64,000 nucleotides of DNA from Pecten maximus (Eukaryota): NCBI RefSeq assembly GCF_902652985.1, contig NC_047022.1, positions 13,702,001 to 13,766,000 of the forward strand. The letters run 5' to 3'. The translations under genes and the position numbers were made by a program. This document shows positions 9,949 through 24,100 of the stretch, one piece after another. Below the pieces are notes generated by a model. The model worked only from the letters and a program-made list of their open reading frames with translations. It was not told the DNA's origin and ran no database searches. How positions within the stretch are numbered: position 1 is the first letter of the stretch; every line of letters starts with the position of its first letter.

Positions 9949-12900
9949 TACCATTGATGAGAAAGTGACTAGCGCTTGATGCCAATTTTATTTCTATTTC
10001 CATTGAAATGAATTAAAATGACGACAGAGATCACGTGGTCCAAGTATCATTATTGCCAATGACACATATAACGTTTAACGTTTAGACTAAAGTGTTTCCT
10101 GATTCCATTTTGATACTGCTATTACAATAACAACATTTTGCTTACTTTCATTTTTCTCCCATCAATAACCCATTGGTGCCTTGATCAGGAACATTATATA
10201 ACTTGCTTAATAAGACTTGAAAAATAAACACAAATACCTTACAGTGTTTACTTAATTCTGAGAGTAACTCTGTCAGACACATGCACAGATCATGGGAAAA
10301 TCAGACGACAGCGTACTTCGGTTTCATGATAAGCGACCTAAGACCAATCTGACAATCGTTATCTATTCTTGTCTATCACGCACTTAGTAAAATTACAAAA
10401 TACCTGTTATCTGATGTGCCTTTATTTATTTTCAAAACGACTTTTAAACATGAAGGAAACTGTTAAAAGGAAAAAATAATTCACGATAGATGAATCTTAT
10501 TCTGTATAACGTTGTAATAAAGAAGATAAAACAGCCGGTGGATAGCATGTACATTCACAGAACTCATTTAGTATATTTACATCTGTTAGACATATAACAA
10601 AGCTACTTTACTGTATACTCGTGAAAAACAAACTTGATACTAGTATTACCAAATATGAGCCAAAAGATATATTTTGATTGATGAATTAAAGGATTCTAGG
10701 AAAATTTTCAATGGGATAAGTTTCTTAATTTGAAATGTCAACCTGATTAATAAATACATTCTATTGTCCTGTTATAATACTAACACTTTCGTTAACAGTA
10801 ACACGCGAGGTATAAACTATGGAGGATAACAAGAAGAAGAAGAATAAACAGTAAAACCAACACTGAAAAAAGAAATAAGGACAAATCTAGATTTTATTAC
10901 ACAGAAACTATTTATGTTTTACGTTAAATCAAAAGCTGAACACTGACATGCCACTCGAATATCAATTTAGACTAGGCACTCACAAAATAGGGAAAAAGTA
11001 CCACTGTTTAATATTAACAAAAAAAATATACTAAATACGACTATGAATTAATTCCAGACCGGGCACCTATGAAACAAGAAATTTCCAACGAAAGGTTACT
11101 ATAGGAAATGTGAAATGCCTATTGAATGTGTCAGCTGTAGTATTGCAACACCTAGTGCACTTAGATGGGACCAATAAGGATGTTTGAGATATAAAATCAT
11201 ATTGGAATGATTTTTATTTGGAAAATAAATGTATGAGAGAAAAAAAATCGTGATATATTTTGGATATATTTTCTTCAATAGAGAAGAAAAATAATTTTCC
11301 AAGTAAGAGTGCTTAAAAGCTTTTTTCCTCGATGATAAATAACGACTTCAACAATGAAGTGTTGGTTGTACAATTCGAATATTTGATACTGGTACATAGA
11401 ATATTTAAAGATGTAAATACATTCGACCTTTGATACCTTGCGAGTATGTTTCATTTACCTCATTAAAACCAACTTCTTTCCATTCATCCCAGCATGCTAC
11501 TGGCTTACTATCATGACCCTGGACCTCTTGACTATTGAGAAGTCGTTTTAATAATTCAGCACATTTGACCCCTGTGACCGTGGTAGCAGGTGAAAGTGAT
11601 TAATTTCACCAAACTTGGTAGCCCTTAATCCCAGCATGCTACCTGACCAATATCATGGCCCTTGTCCTGTTGGGTATTGAGCAGAAATCGAAAACGTAAA
11701 TTGTTTACGACGGACGACACACGGCATGGGTCTCTGACCTAACAATAAGGTCATTTAAGGACAGTTTCAACTATTGAGTAGGACCCAGACGGACAGTTTT
11801 ATATTGCCATTTTGCTGAAATATCACATCGGTACACGGCAGCACCATACTTACACTGAGATGATGTTAAGCAAGCAGATAGCATCAAATACATTTTATAG
11901 ACCTTGGTTCGTTTCCTCCAGGGGAAATAATCCATAAACACAACCGCCAAGACAACGGTGAACATTCAGAAAAAGACCAAACGTGAGTCAGCGTCAAAGG
12001 AGATTTTAGAAAGACGACGAGCCAAACTTTAGTAACATCTTATGGATCAAACATTCGAGAAAGGAAAGAGCGGCAGTTGTGTAAAGAAAGTAAAGCCTCT
12101 AGAATAATGAAATTAATACGTGTATTTTAAGAACCAAGTGCAGGCAAATCCATAATACCGTAATATTGCCGTATTGATGGGTTTGATTAATAATCTTACA
12201 TGGCTTTCCATCCCATGTGAGATTAATTATCGAGTAAGAATATCATTAAACAAACTAACGGCACAAGGTATAATCGTTTCACGACACATGACACAATTCA
12301 CTTCTTACACACGTGTTTCCAGTGACAGAATGTGTCTGCCCCTGTTATATTCACCATTAGGTCCTTTCAGCTGCAACATCAAAAGCCAAAGCACATAATC
12401 AGTGAAGACAGATACAATGTTACAAACGCCTAAATACCCACAGTATCTCACAGTAGTCACACAACCTGACACTTGTAAAAGAACAAAAATGTCCTGTATC
12501 CAAGATAAGTTGTAGTTTATGAAACAAGGAAGATCTTATTCAGACAGTGTCAATTCATGCATACAATTAACGTTTTTAATAAGGAAGGTATCCTGACAAT
12601 CCTTCAGTGGTTTATGCACCGTAAACGTTGAACGAATCCTCGACAAAATTGTAAGTATAAGACATAGTACAATATATATTATATAACATAGACAACTTTT
12701 ATACCATAAATAAGATCGATGAAGATAAATGATTTAGTTTTAATATCTTATACACGAGCAAAATATATCCATAGAACAGTTTTGTACCTTTAAATACTTA
12801 AATATTAGCGTAGTTATATCAAATTTTAAAAACTCTCGTCCTTCTACGACCTCCAGCGTCGTCAAAGCTGTATTATCAATCCAAATAAAAATTCAGGGTA

Positions 12901-12968
12901 TATTAGAATACCTATCACATTTTGTTTGACGATATATGATTTTTGTTTATGTCAGAAAAGCCGTCAAC

Positions 12969-14543
12969 ATGACCTGGTCGGATGTATTACGATCTGTATT
13001 TGTGCTCCCGCTGACGGCAGGAAATCCCAAGGGAAATCAAATACGCCTTTCTGATGGAAGAACCTCTTCATTAGTCTTCAATACATTCCTTCTTTCGTTC
13101 ATTCTTCTCATGGCGAAAACGATTACAGGCCCCAACGAAACCCACACCAAGTTTTTTGGATTCCATGTGATTATGTCCATAATTGCCTTTATAGGATTGC
13201 TCTCCTATATGGCTATGATGATTGTCCTCAAGTGGAAGGGCTTCAACAAATTACTGGAACCAAGGTCTGAACGTAATACCTCTAATATCCACATCGGTTT
13301 CCTTTGGTTCTCTGGCATTGCATCAGTCGTTTTTTGTTCAATAAAAACCGGTCGACTGGCAGAGTGTGAGATTCCGTTTCTGGAGCCTAGTGTCGCTTTA
13401 AATATTTCACTGGTGGAATGTATTTACTATATCATCCTGGGATTATTTCTAATAATACAGATGATTTTTCTAACATATCTAAAAACTTATCAGTTCAATA
13501 ACCCCTTGAGACTTCAATACTGGATTCTGATAATTATATCGACAAATTTGACCATGTGCGCTTATGGTTTTAGAGACAGTGGCGATGAATATGTGCAAAT
13601 TGGAAATAATACTTGGATTGCTCTCAATTGTACAAACCAAACATTCACACATCTGCTTGGTGTTTCTGACAAAATCCTTTCTCCAACGTTTTTGGAATGC
13701 TCTTTCCTAGCTATAACACTTGTTCAGAATTTGTTGCCCAATCGGGAGACAACCAACAAAGGAGACAGTGACGAGTTAACCGCCGTGACTGTCGATAGCG
13801 ACTCTGAGAGAGAAAACGATACTACCTCATCAGAATTGAATCAACGGACTCCACTATTAGATAATTCCCATGTATCCGTAGGCTTCAAACCGTCTTTTTT
13901 GTTCTATGTCAATGTGCTCTGCTCTTGCACAGTCGGCGTCGCTGTTTTGATAATGTACTTAGTAAAAGTTACTAAGGGTGACGACCAAAGTATGACGAAT
14001 GCACGTGACGTGTGCGAGACACTTGCTACGTCTATGATGGCCATATATATACATACAGGCTATTATCTCCTCTCAAAACACACGGAGCCGAACACTATTC
14101 GCGTTCCAGTATCCGGAAGTGAATATATATTCATAATATCCTCGATCGGCGCACTATTTTCATGCACCTTTAGTGTTTTGATTTTTTCTCATTTTGCAAG
14201 TCCGTATAATAATGTACATGTAGCTTCACGTGTTATCATAGGGCTAATATCCTACACACAGACAGTATTCATTCTTCATGCTAAACGCTGCAAAAGGAAA
14301 CACGCCAACGAGAACATGTCTTCCCTACGGTCAGTAATGCTGTTGCTTGCTATGTACAACTTCGTGTTCTGGATCATAGAAAGTTTTGTATATGGGAGAT
14401 TTTACGAAGTGAAAGCTATAGAAAGAAACTACCTCGGTCCTGATTTGTGGAATATTCGAGTTAGCGTAAGTCACCCCCTCTATATGTACTTTAGTTTCAC
14501 TTCAGCTCTCGAAATGTACAATCTATTTAAGAAATTCGGATGA
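12969..14543 (+). CDS. Otopetrin-like protein, copy B
   Basis: Differs from copy A by about 4 residues in the predicted protein; intact ORF. Confidence 0.85.
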   Translation: MTWSDVLRSVFVLPLTAGNPKGNQIRLSDGRTSSLVFNTFLLSFILLMAKTITGPNETHTKFFGFHVIMSIIAFIGLLSYMAMMIVLKWKGFNKLLEPRSERNTSNIHIGFLWFSGIASVVFCSIKTGRLAECEIPFLEPSVALNISLVECIYYIILGLFLIIQMIFLTYLKTYQFNNPLRLQYWILIIISTNLTMCAYGFRDSGDEYVQIGNNTWIALNCTNQTFTHLLGVSDKILSPTFLECSFLAITLVQNLLPNRETTNKGDSDELTAVTVDSDSERENDTTSSELNQRTPLLDNSHVSVGFKPSFLFYVNVLCSCTVGVAVLIMYLVKVTKGDDQSMTNARDVCETLATSMMAIYIHTGYYLLSKHTEPNTIRVPVSGSEYIFIISSIGALFSCTFSVLIFSHFASPYNNVHVASRVIIGLISYTQTVFILHAKRCKRKHANENMSSLRSVMLLLAMYNFVFWIIESFVYGRFYEVKAIERNYLGPDLWNIRVSVSHPLYMYFSFTSALEMYNLFKKFG

Positions 14544-17500
14544 TACCATTGATGAGAAAGTGACTAGCGCTTGATGCCAATTTTATTTCTATTTCCATTG
14601 AAATGAATTAAAATGACGACAGAGATCACGTGGTCCAAGTATCATTATTGCCAATGACATATACAACTTTTAACGTTTAGACTAAAGTGTTTCCTGATTC
14701 CATTTTGATACTGCTATTACAATAACAACATTTTGCTTACTTTCATTTTTTCTCCCATCAATAACCCATTGGTGCCTTGATCAGGAACATTATATACCTT
14801 GCTTAATAAGACTTGAAAAATAAACACAAATACCTTACAGTGTTTACTTAATTCTGAGAGTAACTCTGTCAGACACATGCACAGATCATGGGAAAATCAG
14901 ACGACAGCGTACTTCGGTTTCATGATAAGCGACCTAAGACCAATCTGACAATCGTTATCTATTCTTGTCTATCACGCACTTAGTAAAATCACAAAATACC
15001 TGTTATCTGATGTGCCTTTATTTATTTTCAAAACGACTTTTAAACATGAAGGAAACTGTTAAAAGGAAAAAATAATTCACGATAGATGAATCTTATTCTG
15101 TATAACGTTGTAATAAAGAAGATAAAACAGCCTGTGGATAGCATGTACATTCACAGAACTCATTTAGTATATTTACATCTGTTAGACATATAACAAAGCT
15201 ACTTTACTGTATACTCGTGAAAAAAAACCTTGATATTAGTATTACCAAATATGAGCCAAAAGATATATTTTGATTGATGAATTAAAGGATTCTAGGAATT
15301 TTCAATGGCATAAGTTTCTTAATTTGAATTGTCAACATGATTAATAAATACATTCTATTGTCCTGTTATAATACTAACACTTTCGTTAACAGTAACACGC
15401 GAGGTATAAACTATGGAGGATAACAAGAAGAAGAATAAACAGTAAAACCAACACGGAAAACAGAAATAAGGACAAATCTAGATTTTATTACACAGAAACT
15501 ATTTATGTTTTACGTTAAAACAAAAGCTGAACACTGACATGCCACTCGAATATAAATTTAGACTAGGCACTCACAAAATAGGGGAAAAATTACCACTGTT
15601 TAATATTAACAAAAAAAAAATATACTAAATACGACTATGAATTAATTCCAGACCGGGCACCTAAGAAACAAGAAATTTCCAACAAAAGGTTACTATAGGA
15701 AATGTGAAATGCCTATTGAATGTGTCAGCTGTAGTATTGCAACACCTAGTGCACTTAGATGGGACCAATAAGGATGTTTGAGATATAAAATCATATTGGA
15801 ATGATTTTTATTTGGAAAATAAATGTATGAGAAAAAAAAATCGTGATATATTTTGGATATATTTTCTTCAATAGAGAAGAAAAATAATTTTCCAAGTAAG
15901 AGTGCTTAAAAGCTTTTTTCCTCGATGATAAATAACGACTTCAACAATGAAGTGTTGGTTGTACAATTCGAATATTTGATACTGGTACATAGAATATTTA
16001 AAGATGTAAATACATTCGACCTTTGATACCTTGCGAGTATGTTTCATTTACCTCATTAAAACCAACTTCTTTCCATTCATCCCAGCATGCTACTGGCTTA
16101 CTATCATGACCCTGGACCTCTTGACTATTGAGAAGTCGTTTTAATAATTCAGCACATTTGACCCCTGTGACCGTGGTAGCAGGTGAAAGTGATTAATTTC
16201 ACCAAACTTGGTAGCCTTTAATCCCAGCATGCTACCTGACCAATATCATGGCCCTTGTCCTGTTGGGTATTGAGCAGAAATCGAAAACGTAAATTGTTTA
16301 CGACGGACGACACACGGCATGGGTCTCTGACCTAACAATCAGGTCATTTAAGGACGGTTTCAATTATTGATTAGGACCCAGACGGACAGTTTTATATTGC
16401 CATTTTGCTGAAATTTCACGTCGGTACACGGCAGCACCATACTTACACTGAGATGATTTTAAGCAAGCAGATAACATCAAATACATTTTATAGACCTTGG
16501 TTCGTTTCCTCCAGGGGAAATAATCCATAAACACAACCGCCAAGACAACGGTGAACATTCAGAAAAAGACCAAACGTGAGTCAGTGTCAAAGAAGATTTT
16601 TAGAAAGACGACGAGCCAAACTTTAGTAACATCTTATGGATCAAGCATTGGAGAAAGGAAAGAGCGACAGTTGTGTAAAGAAAGTCAAGCCTCTAGAATA
16701 ATGAAATTAATACGTGTATTTTAAGAACCAAGTGCAGGCAAATCCATAATACCGTAATATTGCCGTATTGATGGGTTTGATTAATAATCTTACATGGTTT
16801 TCCATCCCATGTGCGATTTATTATCGAGTAAGAATATCATTAAACAAACTAACGGCACAAGGTATAATAGTTTAACGACACATGACACAGTTCACTTCTT
16901 ACACACGTGTTTTCAGTGACAGAATGTGTCTGCCCCTGTTATATTCACCATTAGGTCCTTTTTGCTGCAACATCAAAAGCCAAATCACATAATCAGTGAA
17001 GACAGATACAATATATCAAACGCCTAAATACCCACAGTATCTCACAGTAATCACACAACCTGACAATTGTAAAAGAAAGAAAAAGTCCTGTATTCAAGAT
17101 AAACGTAGTGTATGAAACAAGGAAGATTTTACCCAGATAGTGTCAATTCATGCATACAATTAACGTTTTTAATAAGGAAGGTATCCTGACAATCCTTCAG
17201 TGGTTTATGCACCGTAAACGTTGAACGAATCCTCGACAAAATTGTAAGTATAGCACATAGTACAATATTATCATAGACACATTTTATACCATAAATAAGA
17301 TCGATGAAGATAAATGATTTGGTTTTAATATCTTATACAAGAGCAAATTATATCCATAGAAAAATGTTGTACCTTTAAATACTTAAACATTAGCGTAGTT
17401 ATATCAAATTTTAAAAACTCTCGTCCTTCTACGACCTCCAGCGTTGTCAAAGCTGCATTATCAATCCAAATAAAAAATCTGGGTATATTAAAATACCTAT

Positions 17501-17563
17501 CACATATTGTTTGACGATATATTAATGCAAATGATTTTTGTTTATGCCAGAAAAGCCGTCAAC

Positions 17564-19138
17564 ATGACCTGGTCGGATGTATTACGATCTGTATTTGTGC
17601 TCCCGCTCACGGCAGGAAATCCCAAGGGAAATCAAATACGCCTTTCTGATGGAAGAACCTCTTCATTAGTCTTCAAAACATTCATTCTTTCGTTCATTCT
17701 TCTCATGGCGAAAACGATTACAGGCCCCAACGAAACCCACACCAAGTTTTTTGGATTCCATGTGATTTTGTCCATAATTGCCTTTATAGGATTGCTCTCC
17801 TATATGGCTATGATGATTGTCCTCAAGTGGAAGGGCTTCAATAAATTACTGGAACCAAGGTCTGAACGTAATACCTCTAACATCCACATCGGTTTCCTTT
17901 GGTTCTCTGGCATTGCATCAGTCGTCTTTTGTTCAATAAAATCCGGTCGACTGGCAGAGTGTGAGATTTCGTTTCTGGAGCCTAGTGTCGCTTTAAATAT
18001 TTCACTGGTGGAATGTATTTACTATATCATCATGGGATTATTTCTGATAATACAGATGATTTTTCTAACATATCTAAAACCTTATCAGTTCAATAACCCC
18101 GTGAGACTTCAATACTGGATTCTGATAATTATATCGACAAACTTGACAATGTGCGCTTATGGTTTTAGAGACAGTGGCGATGAATATGTGCAAATTGGAA
18201 ATAATACTTGGATTGCTCTCAATTGTACAAACCAAACATTCACACATCTGCTTGGTGTTTCTGACAAAATCCTTTCTCCAACGTTTTTGGAATGCTCTTT
18301 CCTTGCTATAACACTTGTTCAGAATTTGTTGCCCAATTGGGAGACAACCAACAAAGGAGACAGTGACGAGTTAACCGCCGTGACTGTCGATAGCGACTCT
18401 GAGAGAGAAAACGATACTACCTCATCAGAATTGAATCAACGGACTCCACTTTTAGATAATTCCCATGCATCTGTAGGCTTCAAACCGTCATTTTTGTTCT
18501 ATGTCAACGCGCTCTGCTCTTGCACAGTCATCGTCGCTATTTTGATTATGTACTTAGTAAAAGTTACTAAGGGTGACGACCAAAGTCTGACGAATGCACG
18601 TACCGTGTGCGAGACATTTGCTACGTCTATGATGGCCATATATATACATACAGGCTATTATCTCCTCTCAAAACACACGGAGCCGAACATTATTCGCGTT
18701 CCAGTATCCGGAAGTGATTATATATTTATAATATCCTCGATCGGCGCACTATTTTCATGTACCTTTAGTGTTTTGATTTTTTCTCATTTTGCAAGTCCGT
18801 ATAATAATGTACGTGTAGCTTTATATGTAATCATAGGGCTAATTTCCTACACACAGACAGTATTCATTCTTCATGCTAAACGCTGCAAAAGGAAACACGC
18901 CAACGAGAACATGTCTTCCCTACGATCAGTAATGCTGTTGCTTGCTATGTACAACTTCGTGTTCTGGATCATAGAAAGTTTTGTATATGGGAGATTTTAC
19001 GAAGTGAACGATATAGAAAGAAACTTCCTCGGTCCTGATTTGTGGAATATTCTAGTTGGCGTAAGTCACCCCCTCTGTATCTACTTTAGTTTCACTTCAG
19101 CTCTGGAAATGTATAATCTATTTAAGAAATTCGGATGA
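17564..19138 (+). CDS. Otopetrin-like protein, copy C (more diverged)
   Basis: Intact ORF; about 28 amino-acid differences from copy B by manual count. Confidence 0.85.
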   Translation: MTWSDVLRSVFVLPLTAGNPKGNQIRLSDGRTSSLVFKTFILSFILLMAKTITGPNETHTKFFGFHVILSIIAFIGLLSYMAMMIVLKWKGFNKLLEPRSERNTSNIHIGFLWFSGIASVVFCSIKSGRLAECEISFLEPSVALNISLVECIYYIIMGLFLIIQMIFLTYLKPYQFNNPVRLQYWILIIISTNLTMCAYGFRDSGDEYVQIGNNTWIALNCTNQTFTHLLGVSDKILSPTFLECSFLAITLVQNLLPNWETTNKGDSDELTAVTVDSDSERENDTTSSELNQRTPLLDNSHASVGFKPSFLFYVNALCSCTVIVAILIMYLVKVTKGDDQSLTNARTVCETFATSMMAIYIHTGYYLLSKHTEPNIIRVPVSGSDYIFIISSIGALFSCTFSVLIFSHFASPYNNVRVALYVIIGLISYTQTVFILHAKRCKRKHANENMSSLRSVMLLLAMYNFVFWIIESFVYGRFYEVNDIERNFLGPDLWNILVGVSHPLCIYFSFTSALEMYNLFKKFG

Positions 19139-21147
19139 TACCATTGATGAGAAAGTGACTAGCGCTTGATGCCAATTTTATTTCTATTTCCATTGAAATG
19201 AATTAAAATGACGACAGAGATCACGTGGTCCAAGTATCATTATTTCCAATGACACATATAACGTTTAACGTTTAGACTAAAGTGTTTCCTGATTCCATTT
19301 TGATACTGCTATTACAATAACAACATTTTGCTTACTTTCATTTTTCTCCCATCAATAGCCCATTGGTGCTTGATCAGGAACATTATATACCTTGCTTAAT
19401 AAGACTTGAAAAATAAACACAAATACCTTACAGTGTTTACTTAATTCTGAGAGTAACTCTGTCAGACACATGCACAGATCATGGGAAAATCAGACGACAG
19501 CGTACTTCGGTTTCATGATAAGCGACCTAAGACCAATCTGACAATCGTTATCTATTCTTGTCTATCACGCACTTAGTAAAATTACAAAATACCTGTTATC
19601 TGATGTGCCTTTATTTATTTTCAAAACGACTTTTAAACATGAAGGAAACTGTAACAAGGAAAAAACCATTCAACATAGATGAATCTTATTCTGTATAACG
19701 TTGTAATAAAGAAGATAAAACAGCATGTGGATAGCATATACATTCACAGAACTCATTTAGTATATTTACATCTGTTGGACATGTAACAAAGCTACATTAC
19801 TCGTGAAAAAAACCGCATGAAATTAATCATTTGTATTGCAATTACCAAAAATGAGCATATATATATATTTTTTATGAATTGAAAGATTCTTGGAATTTGC
19901 AATGGCATACGTGACTAGAAAAATCCTGAAGGGCAAAATATCCTCAAGAGCACGTCAAAATATTTTGATAGGGAATATTTATTGGAAATTTTAATAATCA
20001 AACCAATCAGGCTTTATTAGTGAATGAAAAAAATAATTTACAAGGTGTTTTGTACATATGCCATTATATGTAAAACTATTGGGGGAACAAAAGATGAATA
20101 GAGTTAAGAAAACAGAACCAAGAAGTGATGATAGTAACGTAATAACAAAATATCTTTCATCACCGGTTAGAGTAATTTATTATGAATATTTACATTATAG
20201 AACAGACAGACGAGTTTGTATTCTCAAAATTGAGGGCGTGATGACTAATCAAACATATAAAATGAATTATCTACCTTTTTTATTTTGAATTGTCAACATG
20301 ATTAACAAACACAACATTTTATTGGTCTGTTATAATACGGAAACTTTCGTTAACAATAACACGGAAGGTATTAACTATGGACTATTAACTAAGAAGAATA
20401 AACAGTAAAACCAACAATGAAAACAGAAATCATGACTAATCTAGATTATATTACAGAGACGGAAACTATTTATGTTTTGCCTTTTATTCAAAAGCTGAAC
20501 ACTGGCATGCCACTCAAATATAGATTTAGACTAAGCTCTCACAAAATAGGGAGTATTTTACCACTTTTAAAATATTGACAAACTACTAAATAAGACTATG
20601 CATTACGTCCAGACCGGGCACCTATGAAACAAGAAATTTTCGACAAACGGTTATAGAAAGCAGAATGTTTGATTGAACGTTTGAAAAAAAAATCCAAAAA
20701 ACAACGAATATGTAATTTCGATAAATCATAAAAGACTAGACTAAACTAATCAGAATTGTTTATTTGTAAAGCGATCCATGTGTCAGCTGTAGTATTGCAA
20801 CACCTAGTGCGCGAAGATGGGACCGATAAGGATGTTTGAGATATCAATTCATATTGGAATAATTTTCATTTGGAAAAAAAATGTACGAGAAAAAAAACTG
20901 ATGTATTTTGGATATATTTTTTTCAATTGACAAGGAAAATAAGTTTTCAAGTAAGAGTGTTTAAAGCCTTTTTCCCTCGACAATAAATAACGACTTCAAC
21001 AATGAAGTGTTGGTTGTACAATTCTGTTGATTACACACTGAAGCGTAACGAATTTCTGTAACTTATTACGTGTTTAAAATAATAATGAAATTCAACCAAC
21101 CTATAAAAAGCCAATATTCCTCGACGTCTCAATCATTTCTTCCCCAA

Positions 21148-24100
21148 TCACCAACAATCTATTTGCTCTTGTATGCTTTTTGGTATTCTGACATTGCTAA
21201 ATTCGGCACTCCAGAAGTTTTCGGGGAGATCTGAAGATGGCACGATTTCGTTGTCTGAAATTATTCTCACTGTACAGTTCCGAAGTAGGGTTTCCAAATC
21301 AAAAGTATGTGTTTTTGGAACACAAACGCTGCTCTTCATCACTTCGTCATCGGGACCCCTACAAATAAACGGCATGTGAATAAGATCAAGTTGATGTGAA
21401 ATACATTTAAGATAAAACAAATTATAAGAGCACTTCTTCGAAACCTTGTCCTCGGGTTAATACGAAAAGATATTATTAATCGAAACATCATGTAGACAAG
21501 TATGAAATTTTAAATACAAGCCTAATCTTTATATCAGTTAAGCATTATAAAATGAATTAAAATCATAAATGCAAGAACGACTACCGATCCTTGGAATTTG
21601 TTTATTGTCTGTGCATATTGCCTGAACAATTTCCTGTGTATACACCGTGAGCTAAACTTAAATGTGATATAAAATTTGTGTTTCATTTTCATTTTTCTGG
21701 TGTGCGTGTACATATAACAGTATTACATATTCGTTAGCTTTCAAAAATGTAAAAATATATTAATAGTCACTTAAAGCTGACAGTGCAAGTAGAACGGAGG
21801 GTGGGTGGTATCTACGAAACGATTTCTGAAAACTGAAACTTATATATTTTTTTTAATCTCAGTTGGAATTTTTTTTAACGTTTTAACGTGCACTACCAGA
21901 TTTAAGAAAAGTAAACACTCAATGTATTACTCGCAGGTGCGGGTTTATCAATTAAAAAAAACTAAGAAGAAAAGTACGGTACACGTTTAGTGTCTTATAG
22001 ATTTTACCTTTTACTCACAGGTTCGTCAATAGTCTTGGTTAAATCTGTATATGGAATCAAAGAAAAAGAAATAAACACGAAACAATGGATTGTTCACATT
22101 ATTTTCGCGAATTTTCATTGTTATTCATTTTCTTGCATCCTCTATTAAAATTTTCAATGTCAAATTACAACATTTTGTGTATTTAACTTTGTGACAAAGA
22201 CATCATAACATATTACTTTATGTTTGAATGAAACAGAATATCGATATCGTGAAAAACTGTTGACATTAACACTGACAATACGACTCCATGATGAGAGACT
22301 ATATACCGATTTCAGGCAGGTAACATGGATCAACAAATGACAGCAGTGGCTTCCCTTGGTAGAAGACCTGAGGAACAATTACAGTCCATTACAACACAAC
22401 ACCGCTCTACAGTGTATATCAAAGGGAAACAACATAAGAGCAGATTTCATTGTTACCTCTCAAACTCTAACAAATATCAGAGGATGATTTCACCGAGTTC
22501 TTAAATAAAGTATGGCGTGTTTGCGATGTTTTGAACATCATGAGAATGCCAATCGTATACATAACATATTTGTCCAGACTTTCATTTTGCCTTCCGACTT
22601 TATTTTCCTCTTTTTGGATTCTTTCTATCGTCCGTCTATTCAGGTGACTAAAATGAGTCTAAGAAACATCTAAAAATCGCTTTACAATCACCGAAAAACG
22701 CAGAACCTAAATCATCAGGTGTTCTAGCAAATAAAACATGTGACTAGTGAAAAATGGTCACGTCTTGACCAATAGTAATTTTGCCAAAAACATTCTTAAG
22801 TTAATTCTAACAATCCAAACAGGAACAGGACGGTGAGGTATTCGCTTATCAAATTAGTCAAAGTAACAATCATACATGGAATGGCAGAGATAATTGAAAG
22901 CAATCAGTGTTAATATCTTCAATGTGGCAAAATTATATATCTATAGATAGGTAAAAGGTATGGTTAGATATACCAAATCGTATCCATGTATTTGTTAATA
23001 TTTACGTAGTACCAAACTACCTCTCTGTAAGCTCGCCTCTTCTTCACCAACACGCCGTCATTAACAGCCGACACCCACTGGACAGGGGTTTTAAACACCT
23101 CACCCCCTGGTCCTCTGATCAACCCAGACTCCATTAAGCTTCCGACATATCGGCCATGCTTAAAAACAATACGACGAAAGAGTGATTGATGAATATGACC
23201 AAATCAGAAAATCCTGTATGGTGATTCCATTAAATTACAGCCAGCAAAAATGCACACAGAGGGATAATACGAATTTGTGATATGCAGACTTAAAAACCGT
23301 GGAAAATAAGCTGATATCTCCGAAATGTTGTCTCCTTGACAAGAAATTTAACGGTTTACCATAGTTTCTTGGTTGTCAAATCGTTTACATTCACTAATAA
23401 ATTTAAGATTCGCTGGCTTGCTTAATTATTCAACGGTTCTGTAAACTGGCTACCCAACACAAAACATATATCAACTAAAGTAGTGCCAGTTAAACTAATG
23501 GTATATCAATTATTTCTCCGTTTTATTCGTGAAAATATTTAACAGGCCAATTAAAATACATTGTAAGTCAAGGATATATCTCAGAATTATCACGGATATA
23601 AATTGCTTACTGTGAATTTAAGTATTATTAGACAGTTATTGAAAACAAAAACTTCCGTTGGGTCAATCAAACTAATGTGAGAATTTATCAATGGAAATAT
23701 CAATTTCAATTTGCCTCTTGACAGATATGGATTTGTACTTCACCTGTGATTCTGTGACAAGGCAGCCCTTAGCAGGTATAAGAACACCGCGGTCTATTAG
23801 AGTTCCAAGAGATGGATATTTGGGATGCAACTGTGTGTTATAAGGCTCTTCAGGCTCCTTTTCAAATTAAAAATGGAAGATAGTAGGAAAATGATGGCTG
23901 TACATTAGACGAAAGTTTGCAATTATAGAATTGTCGCTTATCAAAGATTATAGTGTGTTCTTCTCAATACACTGACCTGAAACACTGCCGTAACCTGTGG
24001 CACTTCAACATGTTTGGTGTGTGGCTCTCTGAGATGCTTCGACACTGGGTCTGGAACTTCATATTCAGTCGTTTGATGCCTCTGACTTTCAGCCAAAAGT

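Larger units (their letters stand above)
1..21024 (+). repeat. Tandem segmental duplication, ~4,595-bp unit (OTOP-like gene + spacer)
   Basis: Stop codons at 9948, 14543 and 19138 are 4,595 bp apart; spacers are near-identical. The last spacer (19139-21024) is partial and more diverged, and similarity ends after 'tggttgtacaattc' at ~21024. Confidence 0.95.

Noticed and set aside
11771-11965. Repeated 64-aa ORF MFTVVLAVVF... (also 16364-16558)
   Set aside because: Recurs only because the spacer is duplicated; the first spacer's version has an earlier stop; no recognisable family.
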